DNA from: the human T2T-CHM13v2.0 reference genome, Homo sapiens
Assembly (NCBI RefSeq): GCF_009914755.1
Contig: NC_060932.1
Strand: one strand, 5' to 3'
DNA length: 64,000 bases
Position 1 is the first letter of the stretch. Each line of letters begins with the position of its first letter. A program made the translations under genes and the position numbers. Below, piece by piece: positions 13,336-27,493 of this stretch. The notes beneath the pieces were generated by a model. The model ran no database searches. It was not told the origin of the DNA and saw only the letters and a list, made by a program, of their open reading frames with translations.

Positions 13336-15639
13336 TAGTTGCTGTGATAAACCAACCTGCAGGTAACCATATAGGCAGTTACCCTGCTTTCCTGATATCA
13401 GTTGTAAAACAATCCTCTCTCACCCACCCTCCTTACGCCTGTCCCATGACAAAGTGCCTTCGTAGGCATTATCTCATCTGATAACTGCCTGACAAGGTGG
13501 TCAGGAAATCAAGTAAGAGCCATGAATAATTTTTAAAAATTTTTAATCAAAGGAATTGTTATTAATAATGTTTGGAGAAAGGAGAGGTGTATTGTGCAGC
13601 TTGGGTAACTAGGATGTGGAGGTTTCAGAAAATGCTTCCCCTCTGAAAGAAGCTATCCAAACTTCTTCTATGTGTCTAAAGAGACTGGAAGTTCCTTCAG
13701 AAAGAGAAAAATATTTAAGAATTAAAGAGAAAGCAAGAGCCGGGGGACCCAACAATCAATTTCCAAGAGTCTACTTCCACAAGCACAAGAATTTACTGGA
13801 AATATACAGATTTGGACATTTAAACTGTGTTTCCCAAGCTGTTTTCACATCTCAAATGTTATGAAAATCCATGTCAGATCCTCTCTCAACACAGAGATTG
13901 GAGTCTTTGGTCATTGAAAGGCTAGACAAGCATTGGTCCAGATAACAAGTAAAAGAAAACAAAACAACAACAACAAATATCAAAGTAATAATAGGACTAG
14001 AAGAGGTAAGTAAAAAGCCCAGGAGAGGAGACTAAATATTGTCTTGGATGGGCCTGTGCCTGAGCTGTAGACTCTAAGAGGATTTTTAGATGTCAAAGGG
14101 AAAGGAAATTCCTATTCCCAGGACCTCCTCTTGAGGTCTTAACGAAAGCTGTAGACCTTTACCCCAGGAAAATGTACAAACATACAGTTGCACACAGAGA
14201 ATGTTACATCTGGCTTCAGGGGATTCACAGATCCAAAGCCCAGCCCCAGGACCTTGAATCATCACCAAACCCTCCTTTTCATGAGAAAGAAATGTAAGAC
14301 CCATAAACGCAGGGTGGCTTCCTCAAGGTCAGCAAGTTGGTGGATTATAGACTCAAAAGGGCCTCACAGGTTTCTTGTCTCTAGACCAGAACTATTCCCA
14401 TGGAAGGAAGCTGGAAGAAACTCCTGTCTTCAACTCCAGAGTCAAAGTCTATTGGACCCCTGTAAACATCCTAAAACCATCTTCAGTCTTGCTGTCCATA
14501 TCGGAAGGTACACTGATGTGTGCACCCACCTGGGTGTGTTTCTGGTGTGATACCTCACCATGAAGATGCACTGGGATTCAGGGAAAGCTGAGCTGCCTTC
14601 CTTGAAGCTTTAAGAGATTCCCCAAGCCATTCCCAATCAGAATAAATAGGAACATATGGCCAAAAGAAATTCCATAAATGAAACTGGCCATGATTCTAAA
14701 CCCACTTTCCAGACAGCAAAAAACACCTCATCTTTGTACTAGCTCCCAGAACAGAAGTTTTCCCCAAGAAAGGGGGTGGCTTGCCTTTTATCCAGTGGAT
14801 ATCTAAGAGCCTCCCACCCCTACTTCTTGAGGCTAAGGCAGAAAGGGTCGTGATTGTGTGTGAATTGCTGTGTCAGCACTCCTGGGGGCAGAAGAGGGGA
14901 AATGCCAGGTGGTGTCATCAGGAGATGAGTTCACAGCCTAACAGGGCCCAGTGGGGATGAGCTCCCTAAGGGGAAACTCTCCATCTTCATTCTTATGTTC
15001 CCTGGCTGAGCAGGAGGTTCCAACAGCTTCATAACAGCTGGCTGATGCCCAGAAGGCAATGAGCAGATAATATAGATAAAGTCTTTGGATCATTGCTAAC
15101 TTGATTATTTCTATCAATGTATTATAATTCTTGGAATGGCCTACCCTACTTTCAACCAGCCCCGCTTCACCTCCCCTCCACTACCTGGCTCTCTAGTTCT
15201 CTCCTGCTCATTTTCTTTCTCTTCTTGTCACCCTTTACACAGGGCTGTCCAATTAATTTACTTACGGAAAACAAAATCCACTGTTGGGAGCTTTTGCTTT
15301 CAAAGGCCGATTCCCTGCTGCCTTACAACTGCTTCTAACAGCAACGAGTCCAGAGAAAGTCATTAGGAGGGAGGGACAGCCTCCTCCACCGCTCCCTCAT
15401 GGCTTCAAGGTGCTTGTGTTCTTTGCTGGTGCTGCAGAACACTCACAAGCACGGGGAGGCAGAGGTGGAAGAGCCAGAGAGAGAGAGAAGGAGAGGTTTG
15501 TTCCTGGGGACTAGTGTGTGCTCGGGGAAGCAGAAGCTCCAAGGTCTGGATTTTCATTTCCAGAGAAAACAGCTGTGGCCACTGCAAAAACCTTCATGTC
15601 TAATTTAACCCAAGCTTGCATCTCCAGTTGCCTGGTATT

Positions 15640-15735
15640 AAAACACCTGGTGGGTGGGTTGGTTGGTTGGTTGGTTGCTGTTAAAATAGATACCTGGCTG
15701 GTTGATTGGCTGGTTGGTTGGTTGGTTGTTGGTTT
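15640..15735. repeat. (TGGT)n simple repeat in two imperfect tandem blocks
   Basis: Two TTAAAA...ACCTGG-(TGGT)n blocks visible. Confidence 0.9.
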
Positions 15736-16284
15736 TAGGTCAATGTTTATCTGTGAACCCACAAGATTACTGAGGGACCACCACACCTACTGCCTTCGTG
15801 ACCTCAGCACTTCCATTCTCTCCTTTTGGCTCAAAATTTGGCATAAATGACAGAAACAACTTCAAAACATTGCAGCTTACTCACTGCATCAGGGACTTTA
15901 CTGTGACATCTAGTAGTTTTCCACTGTCCTGCCTGGGATGCAGCAGCTTGTGTAACAGCTTTTTTGGGGGTATCCCTCTGCCTCATCCAGTTCCTCAGGT
16001 CCCACACACCTACATCACTCTCCCCCAGAAGAGGATGCTCCTGCCAGCTTCTGCAGTATTTTCCAATCCTCCCAGTGATCCCAGCAGCAGGGGCTCCCAG
16101 GCTATGAATATTCACCACTCTTCCCTGTAAGTCACATTCAATGAATCAGCAACTCCCCCGTTCAGCCTTTTCTGCACATGGCATCTAGGACTCTGCTTGT
16201 CTTCCCATTTCCCCTGTACCATCTTAAAAGGGATGAGCTCTTTGTGCTTTCTTTTTAAATTATATTATTTTGTTTTACTTAACA

Positions 16285-16500
16285 GACCCTGTGCAAGGTT
16301 CAGCTACGTACCCGACAGTTTCCTAAGCATTTTGTAAATACTGACTCATTTAATTCTCATGCCGGTCCTCATTTTACAAGTCGAGAAACCAAGGCAGGGA
16401 ACATTTTGGTGACTTGCCCATGGTCACACAGGCACAGTGGCAGAGCCAAGATTCTCAACCAGGCTGACTGCCTCTCAGTCCATGCTCTCAACTGTGACCC
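16285..16500 (-). mobile_element. MIR SINE
   Basis: CTCATTTAATTCTCA...CTCATTTTACAAG..GAGAAACCAAGGCA...GTGACTTGCCCATGGTCACACAG. Confidence 0.7.
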
Positions 16501-18569
16501 TATCATGCTTCATTTCTGCTGCTGTGGCCAGATCCTGCCCATCCCAGGAAGCAGGTGCCTTGTCACCATCCTCTTTGCCTCCTGTTGCTCCACCCCCACT
16601 TATGCCATATTTGCTTCAGGAATGTTCCGTGTCAAGGGCCGTTTCCTCTCCAATCTCCTGACCATCTTCCCTGTAATTGCTGGCTCGAAAATGAACAACA
16701 GAAGCCATCAGCTTGCACACATCCAAGCCTTATCTCTTCACTTCCCATATCTCCCTTGTGACGAACTACAACGATGATGCCCAGATGTGCTCAAAAGCAG
16801 AGGGCTTTAAACCTGCAGGGACATTGCTGGCCACACCTAGGGTCAAAACTCAAGGCCTTCTGAAATGCCCATCCTCAAAACCCTTGCCAGCAGAGTCCAT
16901 CCCTACGAATCTGTCCAAACCCAACAGGCAAACACCTCTTAATTCACTCAGCTTGCATTTGCATAATGTCCCATAGCCTACACTTCAAATCTCCACCCCA
17001 GTCCTGTCATCCGTCTCTGCTTCTAGCAACTCCTCAGCCAAAGGCAGCCAAAAGTAGGTAGCCAAAGGTAGGTAGATAATATCAGTATCTGACCTTGGCT
17101 TCTGTCCTTACACGTGAAGCTTAAGGGGTTTAGCCGGACCCAGGTAGGGTCTGACTGTGGTCTATTTACACTTGGAGTCTTATTACTCTCACTCAGGTGC
17201 CCCGAGCTTGAATGGCCCTTCTGATGCCCTGTGCTCAGCCTGTGCCAGGCTTCTACAGGATAAGCCTAATTAAAAACCACCCCATCTTCCTGCTTCCACT
17301 AGGAATAGCTACTGTCTGCTTCTCTTCCAAAATCTGCATCTCATTTGCTACGAGTACTTTCTCCCTGTGGGTCCTTTCAGTTTTCCAGAGCCTATTAAAA
17401 CAGCCATGTCTGTCTTATGTATATGAGATTCGGTTACGATATATGCAATTTCCTTCCTTTCATGTCCAGGGCAATTTACTCTTCCTCTTCTTCCGCATGT
17501 CACATGCTTTCTGTCCTTCTCCTGCATTCTTTCTTTTCCCAGGCTGGGATTTGAGTTTGAGATGGATATTGCCACCGTCATCCCCTATTACTCAAGTTTG
17601 GTGGGATGGGAGGAAAGGGACTTCTTGTGTTTCTGACTTGGAAACTGGGTACTGGGTATATTATTGAATTGGCCTCCACAAAGGAAAAGAAATGCAAGCT
17701 ATGGTCACCAGATACCAGTACGTGAGTTGGGGTAGGGGGAGCAACTTTGAGATGGTTTTAGCTGCAATGCACTGGTTTTTGCATCTACTCTACAATTCCT
17801 ATCTTAGAAATTGGCAACTCCAGACTAAGAGATGCTGTTGAATAAATGATGGATGGGAAAGGAAAAGAAGTGGAAGGGAAGAGAAGTGGAAGAAAGAGAA
17901 GGATGAAAGGAGGAAGAAACAAAAGAAGGAACGTAGAAGGGATAGAAGTAAGCTTTACAGGATGCTTAGAACAAGTTTCTAGTACTTCATTAGCTACCCA
18001 GGACATCAACCAAACAATGACTAGCCAGGTTTAGAGTGGCAACTCTGTCTTCAAGTTATGAATCTTAGCAACCATAATTCTAATCATTAGCATCTATATA
18101 TTTCCACAGTTTACAACCACTGTACTAGCACTTGTTAACACAAGTCTGGCTCCCCTAAGACTAAATAGCTGTTGTGGCCTGGAGTTAGAAAGCAGCCCTT
18201 TGGACTCAAAGGCCTGTTCCCCTGCACTGCACAGCCACAGACAAGAGAAGGGTACAGCCACATTCTGTCCTGTGCTTTCAGAGTGGCCCAAAGAGCTTAC
18301 CAGCCGGAAAACAGCTGTGGTCAGGACTGCAGTACACTGGAAGGCTATGTTGGCCTTGGCCTCAGCAGTGTCATTTGCAACCCAGATTCTCCAGGTTGCT
18401 CAGTAACGCTTAACAAATGGAAACCTCCTGAACTACTCCTAAAGCTCAGGGCTAAAAGACAAGCTCTCCCAAATTTGTCTCAGATGCTCCCTTAGGATTG
18501 AGTTCATCTTTCTGGATTTCTGATAAGAAAAAGTGAGAAGAGGTAGGAAGGATGCAATTAGTAGCAGCC

Positions 18570-18800
18570 AAGAATATTGGCTCTGCAGCCAGCCTGCCTG
18601 GGTTCATATACTTGCTGCATCATGCCTTAGTGAATTGTGAACTGGGGGCAAATTACTTAACCTCTCCGGGCCTCTTGCTTCTCATCTATAAGATGGAGAT
18701 GATAATCACACCTGGATCACAGGGATTGTTGTGAAGATTAAATTAAAACATGTAACTATAAGACAACTTGACACACTGCCAGTGTTCCATAAATAGTGCT
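18570..18800 (+). mobile_element. MIR SINE
   Basis: CCTGGGTTCA...GGGCAAATTACTTAACCTCTC...CTCATCTATAAGATGGAGATGATAA...GGATTGTTGTGAAGATTAAAT. Confidence 0.8.
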
Positions 18801-18934
18801 GTAATTAATTCAATTTTTATTATTGGTACGAAAAAGGCATGATCTTACCTATGGGTAAAAGGAAATTTGGAGACAGTTCCTGAAAGAGTAGAAAGGACAC
18901 AACTTACCCCTTTTAAAATCTTACACTGAGGCAT

Positions 18935-19378
18935 TGTGTCAGTTAGTTATAGCTGCATAACAAACCACCCCAAAACCCAGTGTAACAATTATATTTTTTC
19001 TCACAAATCCATAGATTGGCCAATGGGAAGGGAGCATCTCTGCTTTAGGCTGCAGATCTGGCTGGACATGGCTCTTTGCTGTGGTTTAGACTCGGGTCTG
19101 CTCCCATCGTGGGACCAAGGCGATGGATGCAGTGCCACGACCTGGGGGAAGTGCTCCTCACGGTGATAGCAAGCAGAAATATACAATTCTTTGAAGGGCT
19201 AGCCTCAGACATGGCACCCTCTCACTTCTACCCTATACCTCTAGCTGAAGCAAATCACAAGGCTACCCCAAGTCAAGGAGGAAATTCACTGCACAATTAG
19301 TGGGAATGGGGAGGCATCAAAGTCATAGGGCCAAGAGTGTAGAAACAGAATCAGGGCCAATAATTCAGCCTTCTACAG
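18935..19378 (-). mobile_element. MLT1 LTR
   Basis: Starts TGTGTCAGTTAGTTATAGCTGCATAACAAACCACCCCAAAAC, the reverse complement of an MLT1 3' end. Confidence 0.7.
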
Positions 19379-20859
19379 AGGGGTCCACCTGTCTCATTCC
19401 CTCTATCCTCCTTCCAGGATTTAGTTTTTCTCAATCCTCCCCCCACACATCGGCTACCTATCCACACAGCTGATTATCGAGCCATCTGGGATGGAGACTA
19501 GATCTTTTCTGTGAAATGTGTGTATCTCCAAGGACCAGTGCACACTGTGCACTTGACCGAAGTCCAGCCCCCAAGGAGCCCTGTCTCCTACAGAGAGTAT
19601 TCTGGAATAACCAGTTCCCCCGTGAGCCAGTGCCACCACCCACACCAGGGAGGCCAAGGCATGGGCAGGCCAGCTTGGGGGTGGAAGCGTGCACCCAAGC
19701 TCAGACAGCAGTGGGAGGGACCCACTGCCATTCCAGAGCTGGACTTACCCACAAGAAGCATCTGACCCCCAAGCAAGGGCTCAGCCCCATTTCAAGAACA
19801 AAGTACAGTTAATAGCTTTGAAAATGCACAGCTAGAAAGAAAATTGTTACCGAAGTGGGTTCTTCAGATTTTAGAGAATGCAATTGTTTGGAAAGCTTCT
19901 ATCAGTCGAGTCACACTGAAGGCAGGGAGACCACTGAAGGCAGCTATGATAGAGAGTCAAGTGCAGGCATTTAGGAAAGGTTAAATTTCTGGGAGCAAAC
20001 AGTACCTGTGTTGGCTGCCAGAAGACAAAGAGGGGCTTGAGGGGTGAGAGAAGGGTCCCTCTCCCGGAGAAAGGTCCCAGCACAAGTCCCGCTTTAAAGG
20101 GGGTTGGCCAGTAAGCTCTAGGGGTGCCCCACAGAGATGCCACCCTGCTCCTCGTCAATGGCCACACTGCCCTGCTCAGCACCAACTATATACCTCGATG
20201 CCTGTCTGGCACCCAGCACAGTTCCTTCATTCATTCTAACGTTCATTCAGAACCTACATCCAGAATAGGATTCCATTTCCTCAAGAAGCTCAGCGTCTCT
20301 TCAAGCAGACAGACAGGAAAATCAACTTTTCAACACAGGCTGATAAGTGTTGTGATAAAGACCTGTTCTTGGTGCCACAGGAGACCAGAGAAGCACCTGG
20401 CCAGCGGGACGTGCAGGTGGGAAATACAGACGGGAGCTGCCTCTTTGAGGGAGAGGCTGCTTAGCAGTGTAGGAGAGAGAATGATGCAAGCAAAGAAATG
20501 AGACTCAAGACATTTGAGAATTGTGGGCAAATCCCCACTGGTAGGACAAAAGGGGTGTTAGACCTGATGAAAACTCAGGCTGGAGAGGTGGGCAGTGTCC
20601 AATGGACAAAACTCAACTCCAACCAATGGAAAAGAGGCAAGCAGGCACTGTGTCCATATCTAGCATAGAGAGATTCTCCTATCAAGGGAAAGCAGGACAC
20701 AGGATGTATATGTGCTACGTGCCCTTCTCTGCCCCCTCTCTTTCTCCCAAAGAATGACCACATAGTTCCAATCACCTTTGGATTTCCCAGTCAGCTGTCA
20801 GGTACCCCACACCTTCCCAGCAGAAAGAGTATCTCTGGGTTGGTATTCGTGATAGCCCA

Positions 20860-21185
20860 GGGGTTCATCTGTGTTGTTGAAAATGTCAGGACCTCCTTTT
20901 TTAAGGCTGAACAATACTCCATTGCACATATATACAACAATTTCTTTATCCACTCATCTATCAAGGGACATTTGAACTATTTTTCTATCTTAGCCATATG
21001 CATAATGCTTGGCTTATAAATAATGCTGCAATGAATAAGGGAGTGAAGGCATCCCTTTGAGATGCAGATTTTGGATTTTCCTTTGGATGTATATGCCCAG
21101 TAGAGGAATTGCTGGATCACGTGATAGTTCTCATTTTAATCTTTTGAGAAACCTCCACACTGTTTTACACAGTGGGTACAATTTA
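20860..21185 (-). mobile_element. L1MA/MB fragment
   Basis: TTTTTAAGGCTGAACAATACTCCATTG...TATATGCCCAGTAGAGGAATTGCTGGATCA...AACCTCCACACTGTTTT. Confidence 0.85.
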
Positions 21186-21512
21186 TGTTTTCACCATGCT
21201 GTTGGTTTTCTACGCTCAGCTTACAATGCTCTTTTTCAGATGGTACTAGAATCTTCCTAACCCTTCTTAACAAGATAGGAAGTGACTGTAAAAACCTTTT
21301 GAACTCTTTTTACCCCCCAAAGATGATCACCTGCCCAAATGCATAGTATGCTATAACTTTAAATTGTTCATTTCCTTTACAAAAAAAGAGCCAAGTGCTC
21401 CCAATTTGCTGGTGTTCTGGTCTAGCATGTGGCTATCAATAACATGCTTCCTAATAGATGGTTTCAAAACATAAACATATTGAATCAACCTCCTTCAAAG
21501 TTTAACGCTTTA

Positions 21513-21825
<313 letters not shown>

Positions 21826-22135
21826 TTAGGAATGAATGTGAAGAATCCCTTTCAAGGAATCTTGTGCTAAGGAGAGAGCATCTTGAAATAGGTATTTGAA
21901 AATGTTAAAATTGTTACATTTTGTTGCAAAAAATGATACAAGTCATTTACTTCTAAAATTTCTCATGTAGACACAATTTAAAAAGTTGAAAATAGACTAT
22001 TCTACCCTGTCTAAAATCGTTCAAATTAAGTTTTTAATTTTTTAACAAGTTTGTTAAAATTACAAAAAATGCAGCATCTTCTGACCCTTAAAGAACAACT
22101 GACCGACATAAAGGAGAAGAGAAAAGTACTAAACA

Positions 22136-22460
<325 letters not shown>

Positions 22461-22777
22461 TTAGTAAGTATAACCAATGAAGTGTTTCTTGCCTTTGTAT
22501 CTGCATATCTTTGCAAAATGTCTTTTCCAGCAATGGACAGATAAGAAAACTAAATCTTGAAATAAACTCTACTTAAAAATTGATGCTTGAATTGTTTAGT
22601 CACAAAGTCATATACCAAGATACAATAAACGTTGTGAAGCATAGTCAATCACATTTTTGAGGCATTAACAAATAAGTTAAAACAAAAATACTTTAAGTAA
22701 TATTTTATCTTTAAATCAATATTGTTCATTTTATATTCTTTATGTATATTTTATATGTGTAACAGATAAATAGATAA

Positions 22778-23055
22778 CTTTTTTTTCCCCGGGCTTGAAT
22801 GCAATGGTGTGATCATAGCACACTACATCCTTAAGCCTTAAACTCCTGGGCTCGAGCAATCCTTCCAATTCAGCCTCCCAAGTAGCTAGGATTACAGGTA
22901 TGTGCCACTACTCCCAGCTATTTTTTTCATTTCTTATAGAGAAGGGCTGCTACTATCTTTCCCAGACTGTTCTTGAACTCCTGGCCCCAAGTAATCCTCC
23001 TACTTTAGCCTCCCAAAGCACTAGGGTTATAGGCATGAGACACTCTACCCAGCCT
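22778..23055 (-). mobile_element. AluJ, diverged
   Basis: CTCCTGGGCTCGAGCAATCC...CCTCCCAAAGCACTAGGGTTATAGGCATGAG. Confidence 0.9.
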
Positions 23056-23494
23056 AAATATACGTTTCTATTGTATATTTTTCACATATATATGAAATAA
23101 GGCTTATAATAGATTAGTATACTTTTTGGAAATCAATTGTAAAATATACACATTGGAAGTACCAGCTCAATGTCTTTCCATTGGTGGAGTTCATAATCAC
23201 ACAACATAAAGACCACTGGCCTAGACTACCGCAAAGCCTCCTAGAGGCTCCCCACATCCACCCTGCCGCCTCTTCAAGCCAGTCTCCATCCCACAGCCCA
23301 GCAACCTGTTCATATTCAGCTCATCTTACTGCCCTCAGAACAACCACCCACATCTCATGCCTTGTCCTCCTTGATTGCTTACGGTTACCCCATTCTAGTT
23401 CCTTCAAAACTAGTACAGCACAGCGTACAAAATGTGTGACCACTGATGTGAGAATCTCGGCCCCTCTAGGGTGGCAGGGGAGCCCTAGGCAGAA

Positions 23495-24146
23495 TAAATC
23501 AAAAAGTATCTGAGATGGGTCTCAATCAATTTAGAAAGTTTATTTAGCCCAGGTTAAGTACTCATGCCCAGGAGGCAGGTCTCTGCTTTTCTCCAAAGGT
23601 GATTTTGAGAACTTCAGTATTTAAAGGGGAAAGAGTGGTATTGGGCATAGAGGATGAAATATTTTTAAAGTATGGGTAGATAAGAGACAAACAGTTGCAT
23701 TCTTCTGAGTCGTTGATCTGCCTTTCACTGGATACACAATTTACATCTGGGGGGTGCGGCGGGCAGAGGAATAGTCACTTATGACTTAGTCTGGCTCAGT
23801 GAATCTGCATTTTTGCATCAGAGGAAGCAATCAGATATGCATTTGTCTCAGGTTAGCAGAGGGATGACTTAGGGTTCTGTCCTTTGTCCCACACCTGTGA
23901 AGATAAGCTATCAACTTACGTTGTCAGGGTAAAATTCAACAGAACGTTTTTAGGGTAAAGATTTGGAGGCTCACAAGGAATTTCCTAGTGCGCAAATTGT
24001 GAGGGAGGTATGTAGCCTTTTTAAATCTTTGTAGCTATCTTGTTTAGGAATAAAATGGGAGGCAGGTTTGCCTGATGCTGTTCCCAACTTGACTTTTCCC
24101 TTTGGCTTAGTGATTTGGGGGTCCCAAGATTTATTCTCCTTTCACA
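23495..24146. mobile_element. ERV1 solo LTR, MER4A-like
   Basis: AAGTATCTGAGATGGGTCTCAATCAATTTAGAAAGTTTATTT start and GGGGTCCCAAGATTTATTCTCCTTTCACA end. Confidence 0.8.
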
Positions 24147-24757
24147 GTGGGCATCCCAGACTCAGCACTTATGCTCAGCAACTGTTCTCGGAAGACAACC
24201 ATGTTGTCAATGCTCCAAAGATAGAGACCGTACAGATTTTATCCATCAATGTAAACCCAAAGCCCAGACCAGTGTATGGTATAGTCCATAAACACTTATT
24301 GAATAAATCAATCATTATGTGGGTAAGTTGTGTCCAGAGAGACTCCTGCCATCAGCCACCTGCTGCATCAAAACATCCTTCCTTCCCATGATGGTCCTAG
24401 GTCACCAGACTTGGCACCCCTTTGCCTTAAATTTGTTACATTTTTCAAGGCATTTGTGGCCCTTCCTGCACCCTTTAACACACCCTAAAGTGCTCTATTC
24501 ATCCAAATCCCAGGGAGAAGGGATTAGAAGGGACCAATTTTTTTCCTCCACCTGGACCCTGGAGCTCCTTATGTAAATCAAACCTCCTTGGCCAGGCAAG
24601 GACTGGATCAAATTACCAAAGACTCTACAACTCACAGGGTAATACAGGCCTACCAGCCTTTGCAAAACCAATACGGCCACTCACATAACCCTCAGCTGAC
24701 TAAAGAAGGTCAGTTTTCTTTGGGGAAATTCTACTGTGATACCTTTAGAGCAGGCTC

Positions 24758-25259
24758 TGTAACCGTAATAGGTTCATTGCCCAATGCACATAACAAGTCA
24801 ATATGCTGAGACCCTGAGTTGCAGCACAGAAGGAGGTTTAACTATAGCATCACCAAACAAGCAGATGGGAGGAACTTGGAGTTAGGCCCTTTAAGGATTT
24901 TGGAGTGAGCCAAAGTTTGGAGATTGTTGATTGGTCTAAGAGTGCAGAGTGACATCATGGGATGGGAAGGTGAAGAAGCTGCATTCTCATGCGGGTCCCA
25001 CTCCTCTCTGGGGGTCTCCAAACTGGTTGCTGAAATTCAGGTATAAGAAACATCTTAAGGGATCTTTAAACAAAAAGCTTATGAATCTAATGTCAGAGAT
25101 CCTGTCTATAGGAACAATGGGGATGTACATGGTCAATATCTAGTGACTTTTAGCAACAAGGGACTGGACCAAACGCAACCTGATGAATGCTTAATTATAA
25201 TTGTAATTCTGTCCAGAACTTGACATGCAATTCTTGTCAATCCTATGGGGGTGGTTTCA
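24758..25259. mobile_element. ERV1-class solo LTR (LOR1/LTR8-like)
   Basis: TGTAACCG...GGTGGTTTCA termini (TG...CA); internal similarity recalled, subfamily uncertain. Confidence 0.6.
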
Positions 25260-25469
25260 GTCCCAGCCCCGTGGATTTAGGGTTGGGGGAACAGATCCTT
25301 ATTGGAAACTGCTGTCAGAACTTTGTGACCTGCCAGCTGTGTGTAGAGTGTCACACAGGGTGTCCTCCAGCTTGGCCAATCCAGAGGGACACTCTTCTTA
25401 CTTGGGATGACATAAAACCTCCCTAGCTATGAGCCTTCCTAGCCTACAATAGGAAGCAAAAATCACATT

Positions 25470-25645
25470 TATTAAGTTTTATTTTCTAATCGGCACATAA
25501 TAATTGTATATAGTTAAGGGGTACACAGTAATATTTCTATACATACAATGTATAGTGATCAATGAGGGTAGCTTAGCATTTCCATCATCTCAAACACTCA
25601 TCATTTATTTGTGCTGGGAATATTCAATGTCCTTCTTTCCAGCTA
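25470..25645 (-). mobile_element. L1MA 3' end fragment
   Basis: CACATAATAATTGTATATA...GGGGTACA...CATCATCTCAAACACTCATCATTTATTTGTG. Confidence 0.7.
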
Positions 25646-26842
25646 TTAAGCAGCAGAAAGCTATAGAGAAAGAGAGGAACAAAACAATAGCCATCAGAAA
25701 AACAACTTACACCCTTCTTCCCCATCACAAAATGAGTGCAGCAACATATTAGGCTCCAATACGGAACACACTGACTGTAGACCCACGGGCTGCATAACCC
25801 ATGGATTTACTGATAATGGAAAGTGAAGACTGCTCAGCAGGGGTAGGCCAGGCCAGGGTCCCTGCAGCGGGAAAAGATGTAGTTTGGAGAGGGTGCTCCT
25901 GCTACCTCCATGATTGGGGCTGGGGAAGGTGGGGTGACGATGTGCCTAGAATAAATCTAAAGACAGAGGGGATGAAAGTTAATGGAAGCAAGGAATTCTA
26001 GAAAAACCAGGAAGGTGAGCAGCCTAGCCAGAGAAACAAGCCTCTCCCAAGGTTTCATGTGCCACCCTGGGGATGCCGTAGAGAAATTATCAATGACTGT
26101 GGGTGAGATGAATGGAGTTCTAAACTTGGAGCTGTCTGCACATTCTGTTTCTCTATACAGACTCTACATGGAAAGCTTGCTATTCCTACTACAGACCGTT
26201 TTATGTGCATTTAAATTCTACATATAGCTATGTGGTAAGATTTCTCTTCCAGTAGTTTAGCTATCCCCAGGAGTGCTTGGAAAGGGGGTAAAGATGTGCC
26301 AAATGGCAATACTCCATAAAACTAATTACCTGGGAAATTTTGTGGGGAAAATGCATTGTGATACAGGTATTCTGTGCAGTTTTTAAGTCAGGACAAGCCC
26401 TGCATTTATGAGCCATAAATGAAAATATTGAATATGCAATATCTATTAGCCTAGTGGCTCCAGATTCTGAATCACTTGTTAAGTGTGTCCTCAACGCATG
26501 AGTGCCACGAGCCATGGTGATTAGACCACCATCCCCACCCCTACTCAATCCTGAGCCAGTGGCCTCATCTCTATGTGCATTTTGGTTGATATTTTGATTT
26601 TTCCTTGGGTCAAGACCTGAGTGGCTCATCTAGTCCTTACATGAAGTGATTCAGCCTGGTGTCTAAGCACCCTGTGACAGCTCCAGCCTGTCCATTCATC
26701 TCAAATGTACCCCCGACACCAAGTCTTTAGGTTCCCTTTTCTCTCTCCATAAAGATTAGACAGCAAATAAAAATGATGCCAAAATACATTATAATAAATA
26801 TAGACAGATCAGCTATATGATGAGAAATATGAGCATATATTA

Positions 26843-27142
<300 letters not shown>

Positions 27143-27493
27143 GAAATATAAGCATATGTTAAAGTAAACCCGAAGGCCTTCTTCCCATCCTTACTCTCAG
27201 CCCTTTATCACCCTCCCACCTTATCTCACAGAGGACACTGAAATAGCAAGAAGAGAGGCATTCCCCAAGCTCTGCTATCACACACACAGCTATAGACATT
27301 CAATCTCCCTGCCTTGATTCCCATTGTTGTGCACTGCCTGGCTGTCCTCCGAGCTCAGCCCCATGTCTCCATCTGTGTGTGCACTCACTCCTGTCCCCTC
27401 TCACCCACTGAAGGACACTGCCCCAGCATTCTCCCCTCTTCTGCCCTGTATCATCACATTTTTTCTCTCTACTGATCTCTTACTACAGGCACA

